Shown here in pieces: positions 1 to 8,040 of a DNA stretch of 64,000 nt; position 1 is the first letter of the stretch; each line of letters opens with the position of its first letter. Location: the IMG/VR virus record IMGVR_UViG_3300045988_147571; one strand, 5' to 3'. Source of the DNA: a virus. Below the pieces are notes generated by a model. That model did no database searches, had not been told where the DNA came from, and worked only from the letters and a program-made list of their open reading frames with translations. The translations under genes and the position numbers were made by a program.

Positions 1-1
1 C

Positions 2-82
2 AATGCATTAAAAAATACGTTTGAAGGATGTATTTTTGATTTGGCAGTCACAGAAAAAACAGAGGTTCCTGTTGAGGAATGA
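2..82 (+). CDS. 3' end of an upstream gene (partial, runs off window start)
   Basis: Frame open from the window edge to TGA at 80-82 (...NALKNTFEGCIFDLAVTEKTEVPVEE*). No function assignable. Confidence 0.3.
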   Translation, partial: NALKNTFEGCIFDLAVTEKTEVPVEE

Positions 83-88
83 TGACAG

Positions 89-862
89 GTGCCCTGTGGT
101 ATATATTGCATTGAAAATAAAATAAATCATAAAAAGTATGTTGGTCAATCTATTGATATAAAATCAAGATGGACTCAGCATAGACATACAAGTTCTTTAG
201 TAAGAGATACATTTCTTTATAGGGCAATGGACAAATATGGTGTTGAAAACTTCGATTTTTATATACTCGAAGAATGTCATCCTAATGAACTGGATGATAA
301 AGAGATTTATTGGATAGCCACCTTAGATACATATAATCATGGGTATAATATGACTCTTGGTGGGTCAGGCTTAGCAGGTTATAAAGCCTACAATAGAAAC
401 TGCATTCCTAAGAATTTTGGGATGCTTTCCAACAATGTAGATGAAACTGTACCTATTATAAAGTTAGATACTAATTATGAAGTATTAGAGTATTATGTAA
501 GTGTTCAAGACTGTGCTAGAGCTAATAATATAGCTTCTACAAACATTTCTAAAACTGCATCAGGGAAAAATGGTACATGTCATGGTTATATATTTATGTA
601 TTTCAATGACATAAAAGATATGACTACTGATGAAATTATAAATTATAGAAAAAATCAAAGAAGTTCTTATAAAAAATCAATTTTAAAATCTGTAAATCTA
701 GTCTCCTCTTCCGGAGAAATTATCAATAATTATGAAAGTATTGCACAGGCAGCTAAAGAACTATGTTTAGATGCATCTTCTATTAGTAAGGTGTGTAAAG
801 GAAAACTAAAACAAACTAACGGCTATAAATTTAGATATGCCGTAGTAAATAATAAAGAATAA
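89..862 (+). CDS. GIY-YIG homing endonuclease (free-standing)
   Basis: N-terminal CGIYCIENKINHKKYVGQSIDIKSRWTQHR (GIY...YVG...R motifs). C-terminal SSISKVCKGKLKQTNGYKFRY resembles a NUMOD/IENR-type DNA-binding helix. Paralog of the ORF at 11061-11843. GTG start with GAGGAA upstream. Confidence 0.85.
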   Translation: MPCGIYCIENKINHKKYVGQSIDIKSRWTQHRHTSSLVRDTFLYRAMDKYGVENFDFYILEECHPNELDDKEIYWIATLDTYNHGYNMTLGGSGLAGYKAYNRNCIPKNFGMLSNNVDETVPIIKLDTNYEVLEYYVSVQDCARANNIASTNISKTASGKNGTCHGYIFMYFNDIKDMTTDEIINYRKNQRSSYKKSILKSVNLVSSSGEIINNYESIAQAAKELCLDASSISKVCKGKLKQTNGYKFRYAVVNNKE

Positions 863-879
863 AAGGAGAAATAATTATT

Positions 880-1152
880 ATGACAAAAGCAGAAGTTATT
901 ACAAAAGTAGCAGAAACAACAGGAATCACAAAGAAAGATACTGGAGCAATGGTTGACGCATTCCTTCAGACTATCACTAACGAACTGGCAAGCGGAGGAA
1001 AAGTAGCATTCTCAGGATTTGGTTCTTTCTCAGTTGTTGAAAGAGCAGCTAGAGAGTGTCGTAATCCACAGACAGGAGAAACTATGATGACAGAAGCTCG
1101 CCTCGCACCTAAATTTAAGGCTGGTAAAGCACTCAAAGATGCAGTGAAATAA
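880..1152 (+). CDS. HU/IHF-family DNA-binding protein
   Basis: 90 aa. Typical HU signature: GFGSFSVVERAARECRNPQTGE...KFKAGKALKDAV. Strong RBS AAGGAG. Confidence 0.9.
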   Translation: MTKAEVITKVAETTGITKKDTGAMVDAFLQTITNELASGGKVAFSGFGSFSVVERAARECRNPQTGETMMTEARLAPKFKAGKALKDAVK

Positions 1153-1201
1153 GCAAATAGATATTAAATTACTGACCTGGTGAATTCCAGGTTGGCGATT
1201 T

Positions 1202-1273
1202 GTCCGGTTAGTCTAGTGGTTAAGACACTGCGCTTTCAATGCAGTAACATGGGTTCGATTCCCGTACCGGATG
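1202..1273 (+). tRNA. tRNA-Glu (anticodon UUC)
   Basis: Manual cloverleaf. Acceptor GTCCGGT/ACCGGAT, D arm GTCT-AGTGGTTA-AGAC, anticodon arm CTGCG-CTTTCAA-TGCAG, T arm ATGGG-TTCGATT-CCCGT. Confidence 0.85.
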
Positions 1274-1363
1274 TTTGTATATTTGAGAGTTGTGGGTAAT
1301 CTCAAATGTCATTTTCCGTATAGTTGTTTCTTTGGGGAGAACTGGAACTCCCCCTCCTATTTT

Positions 1364-1446
1364 GCAAAGTAAATTCACTAGGTGTGGAACCGACCTGCTA
1401 AGTCGTGTGATCCGACAGGATTGAGTTTCGATTACTCTGCTTTGCG
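1364..1446 (+). tRNA. tRNA-Ser (anticodon GCU), type II
   Basis: Acceptor GCAAAGT/GCTTTGC, 3-bp D stem, anticodon loop CTGCTAA, long variable arm ATCC-GACA-GGAT, T loop TTCGATT (one mismatch in the T stem). Confidence 0.7.
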
Positions 1447-1525
1447 CTAGATAGTCAGATTGGTTCTGGTTGATAATTAGGAAATGGCTGCTGGGCGGCC
1501 TGACAATCTGGAAAGACAGATTAAT

Positions 1526-1609
1526 GTTGCGTGTCCGGCAGGTCGAGGGTGCAGTCTTGAAAACTGTCTGGGTGTAAAAGCCTCTGGGGTTCGAATCCCT
1601 AACGCAACG
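1526..1609 (+). tRNA. tRNA-Ser (anticodon UGA), type II
   Basis: Acceptor GTTGCGT/ACGCAAC, anticodon arm GCAGT-CTTGAAA-ACTGT, long variable arm, T arm TGGGG-TTCGAAT-CCCTA. Overall layout matches bacterial tRNA-Ser. Confidence 0.8.
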
Positions 1610-1612
1610 TCT

Positions 1613-1694
1613 GGGAGAACGGTAGAGATGGAGATCTACGGCGGTCTGTAAAACCGTTGCAATTGCTTTGAGTGTTCGAATCACTCTTCTCCCA
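1613..1694 (+). tRNA. tRNA-Tyr (anticodon GUA), type II
   Basis: Acceptor GGGAGAA/TTCTCCC, D arm GTAG...CTAC, anticodon arm GCGGT-CTGTAAA-ACCGT, long variable arm, T arm GAGTG-TTCGAAT-CACTC. Confidence 0.85.
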
Positions 1695-1835
1695 TGAGGT
1701 TGACAAATTAAATCAAAATTCCATAAAACAAAGTAGATAAGTTTTACTATGAGAAGTGCTTGCACTTAGATTAGGTTTATTAAAGGTTTTGTCTCTGATT
1801 GCAACAGATAATGAGCCTTTTGAGTCTACAAATAA

Positions 1836-1908
1836 AGCAGGTTACGTAGGATCGGCTCCTCGGAGCTTTCATAGGGCTTGTAGATGGGTTCAACTCCCAT
1901 ACCTGCTA
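1836..1908 (+). tRNA. tRNA-Met-like (anticodon CAU), non-canonical D region
   Basis: Perfect 7-bp acceptor AGCAGGT/ACCTGCT, perfect T arm ATGGG-TTCAACT-CCCAT, anticodon arm GAGCT-TTCATAG-GGCTT. The D arm only folds as AGGA-TCGGC-TCCT with abnormal spacing. Confidence 0.5.
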
Positions 1909-1913
1909 CTATT

Positions 1914-1937
1914 AAGATACTTCGGTATCTTTTTTTA
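1914..1937 (+). terminator. Rho-independent terminator after the tRNA cluster
   Basis: AAGATAC-TTCG-GTATCTT hairpin followed by a T run. Confidence 0.75.
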
Positions 1938-1960
1938 TTGGATGAAAAGGAGGTGCTCTA

Positions 1961-3163
1961 GTGGCACAAGAAGTTGAAAAAAAGCCTGTACCAAGAGCTA
2001 AACCTAAAGCACCTGCTCAAAAAGTTATTGATCGTGCTATTGATGAAGCTCTTTATGAAGTAGGGCGTACTAAATTTACATGTAATATGTGTGGAAAGCT
2101 GAAAGATGCTTCCGACTTTTATAAAAGTACAGATCCTCTATGTACTACTGGTGTGACAAGAATATGTAAAATGTGTGCAGCAAAGTTGGCATATTCTGAA
2201 GATTTAAAAGGCAATAAGAAAGCCCCTGATGAACAGAGTGTCCAGTTAGCGCTCAGATATTTAGACAAACCTTTCTTTCAAAAGCTTTATGATGAATCTA
2301 TTCTTGAAGCTGCTAACACTATGTCTGGTAGACCCAAAAATAATACTTGGACTAGTTATATAAAAAATATATCTATGCCACAATATAATACATTAACTTG
2401 GAAAGATGGTGATTGTGGTAATAGTTCTACTCTTCTACCGTCTATTGGGTCTGTAGATAACTCTGATGAAGTAAAAAAAATGTATAAAACCAATAAAAGA
2501 ACTGTTATTTCAGCTCTTGGTTATGATCCATTCGAATCTGCTGCTGATGCAGATAAACCATTAATGTATGGAAAATTAGTAGGTTTCCTTGATGAAAGTA
2601 CGCAAGACGATGAATTGAAGTTAGGTGCCTGTGTAGAGATTGTACATAGTCTTAATCAATCTGAAAAAATCAATACTGTAATTAATGCTCTGCAGAAAAC
2701 TCCAGAATCTATTATAAAAAATTCTGCTACTATTAAAGCTCTTGAAGCTACTAAAAAAGACATTATGAAAACTACTCTTGATTTGGCTCGTGATAATGGA
2801 ATTAGTATTAAGCATAGTAACAGGAATACTAAGGGTGCTCATACTCTTACTGGTAAACTTAAAATGCTTAAGCAGTCTGATCTTAGAAGTAAGGAAATGA
2901 ATCTTTTTGATATTAATACTGCTGAGGGTATGAAACAAGTTGCTGAATTAAGTTTTGAAGCAATTATGAAACAGATTAATCCTGATGAAAATGATTTCGC
3001 AGAAATGGTTCGTACTCAGGCTGAGATGATCAAGGAGCTACAGAATAAGTGTGATGTTGCAGAAGAAGAAGCGAGAGTTTACAGACGAGAAAATAATGAT
3101 TTGAAAGAATTTCTACAAGAGAAAAAGTTAATTAATGAATCCGGGGAGGTTATATATGAATAA
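1961..3163 (+). CDS. hypothetical protein, Cys4 zinc-finger plus C-terminal coiled coil (positional candidate for small terminase)
   Basis: GTG start after AAAGGAGGTG. CNMCGK...CKMCAAK motif. Charged helical C-terminus. Lies immediately upstream of the large terminase. Function inferred from position only. Confidence 0.35.
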   Translation: MAQEVEKKPVPRAKPKAPAQKVIDRAIDEALYEVGRTKFTCNMCGKLKDASDFYKSTDPLCTTGVTRICKMCAAKLAYSEDLKGNKKAPDEQSVQLALRYLDKPFFQKLYDESILEAANTMSGRPKNNTWTSYIKNISMPQYNTLTWKDGDCGNSSTLLPSIGSVDNSDEVKKMYKTNKRTVISALGYDPFESAADADKPLMYGKLVGFLDESTQDDELKLGACVEIVHSLNQSEKINTVINALQKTPESIIKNSATIKALEATKKDIMKTTLDLARDNGISIKHSNRNTKGAHTLTGKLKMLKQSDLRSKEMNLFDINTAEGMKQVAELSFEAIMKQINPDENDFAEMVRTQAEMIKELQNKCDVAEEEARVYRRENNDLKEFLQEKKLINESGEVIYE

Positions 3164-3181
3164 TATTTATACTCCTCAGTT

Positions 3182-6100
3182 ATGCAAAAGAGGTGCTCAA
3201 TTATGGTAAAAAACGATGCTGGTATTTGGGTGCCGGATTATAAAAATATATTTGTTCTCCCGTCTAAAGAAGTTATGGCTCAAAGAAAACTTGATGCCAT
3301 GGAAGAACTAGCGGAAATACGTGCCTGGGGACTACGTAACCCGGTAAAATGGATTGAAACCATGTTTGGTGTAGAACTACTGGACATACAGAAATATGCA
3401 ATTCAAATGTCATGGAATAAAAAATATGCATTATGGTTAGCAACCCGAAACATGGGAAAAGCTTTGGCTTTAGATACTCCTATTCCGACTCCTGATGGAT
3501 ATAAGCTTATGTCTGATCTTGAAGTTGGAGACTATGTATTTGGTGATGACGGGGAACCCACACAGATAGTAAATACCTCTCCTATTTTTTATAACCACAC
3601 TTGCTATAAAGTGTCATTTGAGGATGGAGAAGAAATAATTGCAGATGCAGATCATTTATGGGAGGTAAAAGCCAAAGATTATAGACCTACTATAAGAGTA
3701 CTAAATACCGAACAAATGTCTAATAATTTTGCACATAAGAGAAAAGATGGAAAAGGCATTGAGTACAAATATAGAGTAAAAATAAGTAAACCGTTAGAGT
3801 TTCCTGAAAAGGATCTTCCAATTCATCCGTATGTATTAGGTCTTTGGCTAGGAGATGGATGTTCCGAAGATGGGTATATTACTTCTTATATAAATGATTC
3901 TGTTGACATAATAAATAATATAGAATCTTTTGGCTATTTCGTTTCATCAGTCAAAGACGATTCTGGAAATAATTATAGATTACGAATTCAGGATGAATAT
4001 GGAGTACCGTTAAAGATTTTGTTGCGTGAAAATGACTTATTAAGTAATAAACATATCCCTTATATATATTTTATTGGTAGTACAGAACAACGATTACACT
4101 TGCTGCAAGGTTTAATGGATACTGATGGTTTTGTCGCAGCGAATTCTACTTACTGTGAGTTCTCGCAAAAAAGTGAACGATTAATTATTGATTTTTGTAA
4201 ATTACTTGATAGCTTATCAATTAAATATTCTAAAAAATATAGATCAACTATATGTAATGGTAAATATTTTGATTCTTATAGAATTACCTTCTACTCTTCT
4301 AAAGAATTTCCATGTGTAAAAATGCAAAGAAAATTTGACAGACTTCCTGATAAAACCAGTGAACGTCAGAAATATAAATCTATTGTTAATATAGAAAAAG
4401 TTTTTAGTGTGCCGACTAAATGTATAAGAGTTGATAACGATTCGCATTTATTTTTATGTGGAACTAAGAATACTGTAACGCACAACAGTACTCTTGTAGG
4501 TCTTTATATTATGGCACGTACAATGTTAGTAAATAACTGCCGCTGTTATATATGCTCCGGTACAGCTACTCAGTCTGCCGAGACATATTTGAAGATTGAG
4601 AATATAGCTAAAGATAAAATAGAAAGTTTTTTAGGGTTAACAGACATTTATTTAGGTGAAGTAGTTACAACCCCTAACAGTGATGGGTGGATTCATAATC
4701 CTGCAGGTTTTACATATTCTCTTTATAATGGATCTTTTGTAAAAACTATAAATAGTAATGTTGATGCGTCTCGTGGTTTCCGAGCTGAATTATGTGTACT
4801 AGATGAATGTGCGTTTTTAGGAGAAGAGGTATTTCAAGTTATTGAGCCATTTACTGCACAGGATAAAAACTTCAGACTTGGTAAGGATAAATCTGGCAAA
4901 GAAATTGATGTTAAAGCATTACCTAGAGAATTGCCAAACCAAATGTTATACTGCTCTTCTGCTGGAGAAAAAGATGGATTTTTCTATACAAAGTATAAAC
5001 AATACGCACTACAACAAATGTGTGGATCCAGGGATCATATGGTCCTTGATGTTAACTGTGATGTCATGATGAAAGCAACTAAAAATGGTCGTGGTTGTGA
5101 TTTTTCTCTGCTTGACAAACAAAAGGTTGACAATGCAATGCGTGAAAATAAAGAAAAAGCTCTTCGTGAGTATTATAATATATTCACTTCTGATGGCGGC
5201 GCAGATGCCATCTTCAAACGTTCTATGATAGTAAAAAATTCTACTATCCGTCCCCCAATTATGTTTAATGATACAAAAGACAGACTTTTTGCCTTCGCAT
5301 ATGATCCAGCTAGATCTATGGATAACTCTTTTGTCCTTGTTGGAGAATATTATAAAGATTCTTCAGACAATTGGAGAATGCGTATTGCTAATGGTATTAA
5401 TTTTATGGATCTTAGTAAAAAGAATAAAACTCCTATGCGTACGCCTGAACAGGTCAAGAAACTGAAACAACTGATCCTTGACTATAACGGTGATGGAGTC
5501 GATGACTATACAAACATAAGTAATATCTTTATAGATGCTGGTTCTGGTGGTGCCGGTGTTAATATTGCAGATTATCTTATGGAAGATTGGTATGAAGAAG
5601 GACATGAAGGTGAACAGAAATATTTACATAGAGGTCTTATAGATAAAGAACAATCGTCTGATTATGTCAAAAAATTTCCTAATGCTGTAGATAAAATTAA
5701 ATTATTACCGCCTACTATGTATAAATCTATTATCTATGAAGCTGCTATTGAAATGATGAGACTTGATCTCATAGATTTCACTGCTGAGTATGATAATAAA
5801 GGATATTTAACAATGCTAGATATAGACGAAAAAGAAATGGCAAAAGCAAAAAAAGATTTAATTGCTAAGTATAAAGATAAATCTATGTCTAAAGGTGAAT
5901 TAGATCGTTTAGTTGAAGAAGAACTTCAAGAAAGAAATTTGGCCTCAACTAAAATTTATAAACTATCTCCTGATGAGGAACTTGGTCTAGTACAGATTGA
6001 CTCGCTAAAGGAGGAAATGGTTAATATGGTACGAAAGAAACGAGAATCTGGTAAAGATGGCTTTGAACTGTCTACAGAGAAGCAAAACAAATTGCATGAT

Positions 6101-6247
6101 GATCGTTCGTATTGTTTCTCAATGCTCTGTTATGGACTCTCAGAACTTCGTAGAGAACATATTAAAAATAAGAAACGTCCCAAAAAAGAAAATATAGCTG
6201 CTGCTATGCCTATTCGTAAAGGTGTAGTAAGAAAAATGTTTAGTTAG
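3182..6247 (+). CDS. terL: terminase large subunit, intein-containing precursor
   Basis: After removal of the intein the P-loop reads ATRNMGK|ST (A-x4-GKS). Walker B is ELCVLDECAF. Lies upstream of the portal. The probable true start is ATG 3203 (AGAGGTG 7 nt upstream). Confidence 0.85.
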   Translation: MQKRCSIMVKNDAGIWVPDYKNIFVLPSKEVMAQRKLDAMEELAEIRAWGLRNPVKWIETMFGVELLDIQKYAIQMSWNKKYALWLATRNMGKALALDTPIPTPDGYKLMSDLEVGDYVFGDDGEPTQIVNTSPIFYNHTCYKVSFEDGEEIIADADHLWEVKAKDYRPTIRVLNTEQMSNNFAHKRKDGKGIEYKYRVKISKPLEFPEKDLPIHPYVLGLWLGDGCSEDGYITSYINDSVDIINNIESFGYFVSSVKDDSGNNYRLRIQDEYGVPLKILLRENDLLSNKHIPYIYFIGSTEQRLHLLQGLMDTDGFVAANSTYCEFSQKSERLIIDFCKLLDSLSIKYSKKYRSTICNGKYFDSYRITFYSSKEFPCVKMQRKFDRLPDKTSERQKYKSIVNIEKVFSVPTKCIRVDNDSHLFLCGTKNTVTHNSTLVGLYIMARTMLVNNCRCYICSGTATQSAETYLKIENIAKDKIESFLGLTDIYLGEVVTTPNSDGWIHNPAGFTYSLYNGSFVKTINSNVDASRGFRAELCVLDECAFLGEEVFQVIEPFTAQDKNFRLGKDKSGKEIDVKALPRELPNQMLYCSSAGEKDGFFYTKYKQYALQQMCGSRDHMVLDVNCDVMMKATKNGRGCDFSLLDKQKVDNAMRENKEKALREYYNIFTSDGGADAIFKRSMIVKNSTIRPPIMFNDTKDRLFAFAYDPARSMDNSFVLVGEYYKDSSDNWRMRIANGINFMDLSKKNKTPMRTPEQVKKLKQLILDYNGDGVDDYTNISNIFIDAGSGGAGVNIADYLMEDWYEEGHEGEQKYLHRGLIDKEQSSDYVKKFPNAVDKIKLLPPTMYKSIIYEAAIEMMRLDLIDFTAEYDNKGYLTMLDIDEKEMAKAKKDLIAKYKDKSMSKGELDRLVEEELQERNLASTKIYKLSPDEELGLVQIDSLKEEMVNMVRKKRESGKDGFELSTEKQNKLHDDRSYCFSMLCYGLSELRREHIKNKKRPKKENIAAAMPIRKGVVRKMFS
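3461..4486 (+). mobile_element. intein (342 aa) with LAGLIDADG homing endonuclease, class-3-like
   Basis: Block A ALALDTPIPTPDG (Ala1). Block B EIIADADHLWEV. Two LAGLIDADG motifs (LGLWLGDGC, LQGLMDTDGF). Block F TKCIRVDNDSHLF. Block G NTVTHN followed by +1 Ser. Inserted between GK and S of the Walker A motif. Confidence 0.85.
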
Positions 6248-6258
6248 GAGGTGAGACA

Positions 6259-7803
6259 TTGGCTATTAAAGAGGAAAAAACAACTCAAGAGATAAAAAAT
6301 TATGCTCTTAAACAACAGGCATTACAAGAAAAATTCGCTCAAGTAAAGCAAGCTGTACAGCTTATTGATTTAACTAAAACAGAAACAAGAACATTTACTG
6401 TATTTAGTAAAGATAAATTACGTCAATATATGCAAAACCCTAAAACCAATGAATCTAACCTTCGTAATTTGAGCAGATTCTTATATAGAGTTTCTCATAA
6501 TTACAGAAGACTTATCTCCTATCAGGCAGAAATGGTAGATTTAACAGCTCTTAATGTTATACCTCAGATAGATTTTATTGAGGATGCGCATGACGATGAA
6601 AAAATAAAGACTAGTTATTTTAATACTTTAGTACAACTTGATAAGATGAATATGCAGTCAGAGATTTTAAAATGCCTATTGATTGCATGGCGTGAAGATA
6701 CATTTTATGGTTATACATATGAAGATGATTCTGGTTTCTTTATTTATCCTCTTGATGGAGATTACTGTAAAGTATCTTCTGTTAATTACGATGGTACTCT
6801 TAATTGTGCTTTTGATTTTAGCTATTTCAGAAGTCATACTGCCGACTTGGAATACTGGGATTCCGAATTTAATTCTAAATACAATTCTTTTCAAAGTGAC
6901 AATACTCTTCGTTGGCAAGAGCTGGACCCAGAAAGAACTTTTGTTATAAAAGTTAATATTGATGATCCAACTCTTAACATGCCACCTCTTTCAGGTTTGT
7001 TCGAACCACTTATTGATCTTATTGATCTCCAAAGTATTCAGTCGGTGAAGGATGACTTATCGATTTATAAACTTCTGGTTGCAAGATTAGAAACACTTAC
7101 TAATTCTGATGAACCAGATGATTTCTCAGTAGATATTGATACAGCTATTGAATATTATAACAGATTGGTCGAATCTCTCCCAGACTGTGTATCTGCAGCT
7201 ATCTCCCCTCTTAAAATTGAACCTATAGAATTTCAAGGTGATCAAACTCAAGATGTTAATAGAATCGCTACTGCCACTTCGAACTTATTTAAAAATTCTG
7301 GTGGTGCACAGATTCTTGATAATGACAAAATCTCAGGTACTACTGCTTTTACTGCTGCTATTCTTTGTGACACAATGATGGCAATTAAAACTGTCCTTCC
7401 ACAGATTGAAGAACGAGTTAATAGATATCTTACTTATACAATTGGTGATGATCATGCAAGGGTAAAATATTTTGAAGTATCTCCTTATACCAAAGCTTCT
7501 AAAAAAGAAGAGCTTATGAAATCTGGAGAACGAGGTGTGCCAGTGAAATTAGCTGTTGCTGCCCTTGATGGTATTTCACCTCTTGAAGCTTTATCTATGG
7601 ATTATCTTGAAAATACTGTTTTGAAGCTCCATGAAACATGGATCCCATTTAGTACTTCTTTCACATTGAGCGGTTCTGCTTCACAACAAGTAATTGATGG
7701 AAAAACAGATGCTACCAATGGAGGAAGACCGGAATCTGATACTCTTACAGATGAAGGTGAGAAAAGTAGGGAATCTGGAAAATCAAGTGAGCAGGAAGGA
7801 TAA
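6259..7803 (+). CDS. portal protein (putative)
   Basis: 514 aa directly downstream of terL. TTG start 7 nt after GGAGG. Acidic, Ser/Gly-rich C-terminus. Call rests on position and size only. Confidence 0.6.
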   Translation: MAIKEEKTTQEIKNYALKQQALQEKFAQVKQAVQLIDLTKTETRTFTVFSKDKLRQYMQNPKTNESNLRNLSRFLYRVSHNYRRLISYQAEMVDLTALNVIPQIDFIEDAHDDEKIKTSYFNTLVQLDKMNMQSEILKCLLIAWREDTFYGYTYEDDSGFFIYPLDGDYCKVSSVNYDGTLNCAFDFSYFRSHTADLEYWDSEFNSKYNSFQSDNTLRWQELDPERTFVIKVNIDDPTLNMPPLSGLFEPLIDLIDLQSIQSVKDDLSIYKLLVARLETLTNSDEPDDFSVDIDTAIEYYNRLVESLPDCVSAAISPLKIEPIEFQGDQTQDVNRIATATSNLFKNSGGAQILDNDKISGTTAFTAAILCDTMMAIKTVLPQIEERVNRYLTYTIGDDHARVKYFEVSPYTKASKKEELMKSGERGVPVKLAVAALDGISPLEALSMDYLENTVLKLHETWIPFSTSFTLSGSASQQVIDGKTDATNGGRPESDTLTDEGEKSRESGKSSEQEG

Positions 7804-7806
7804 GAG

Positions 7807-7992
7807 ATGAAGAAAAATTTTATACAGACTGCCGATCGAGAAACAGCGGATATCTTAAAATCTATTGGCTTTCCTCAGATCAGTGATAAAAAAGGTATCT
7901 ATACATTTGCAAATTGCTCTTCTCTCTCATTTGCAAATGTAAATATAGATATAAATAAACTAACTTATACTGATATTTATTGTGCAAGTTAG
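7807..7992 (+). CDS. hypothetical protein (61 aa)
   Basis: Compact ORF packed between the portal and scaffold-like genes. Confidence 0.4.
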   Translation: MKKNFIQTADRETADILKSIGFPQISDKKGIYTFANCSSLSFANVNIDINKLTYTDIYCAS

Positions 7993-8040
7993 TGCTCCTC
8001 TTCTATGAGGATAAAAATATATGATAGAAAGGAGGCTAAC

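Noticed and set aside
1733-1829. Possible sixth tRNA (GTAGA...TCTAC ends, loop ATTGCAA giving anticodon TGC).
   Set aside because: It has no T-loop (no TTCRA) and no D arm, and the length does not fit a cloverleaf.
1220-1977. ORF-track entries 1220-1765 (minus, 181 aa) and 1756-1977 (plus, 73 aa).
   Set aside because: They run straight through the tRNA cluster and its terminator. They have no RBS and odd composition. They are artefacts of a stop-poor RNA-gene region.
3182-3202. The first 7 codons of the ORF-track terminase (MQKRCSI).
   Set aside because: ATG 3203 has a proper AGAGGTG RBS at 7-nt spacing, whereas ATG 3182 has none. The feature coordinates keep the longer ORF, but the shorter start is preferred.
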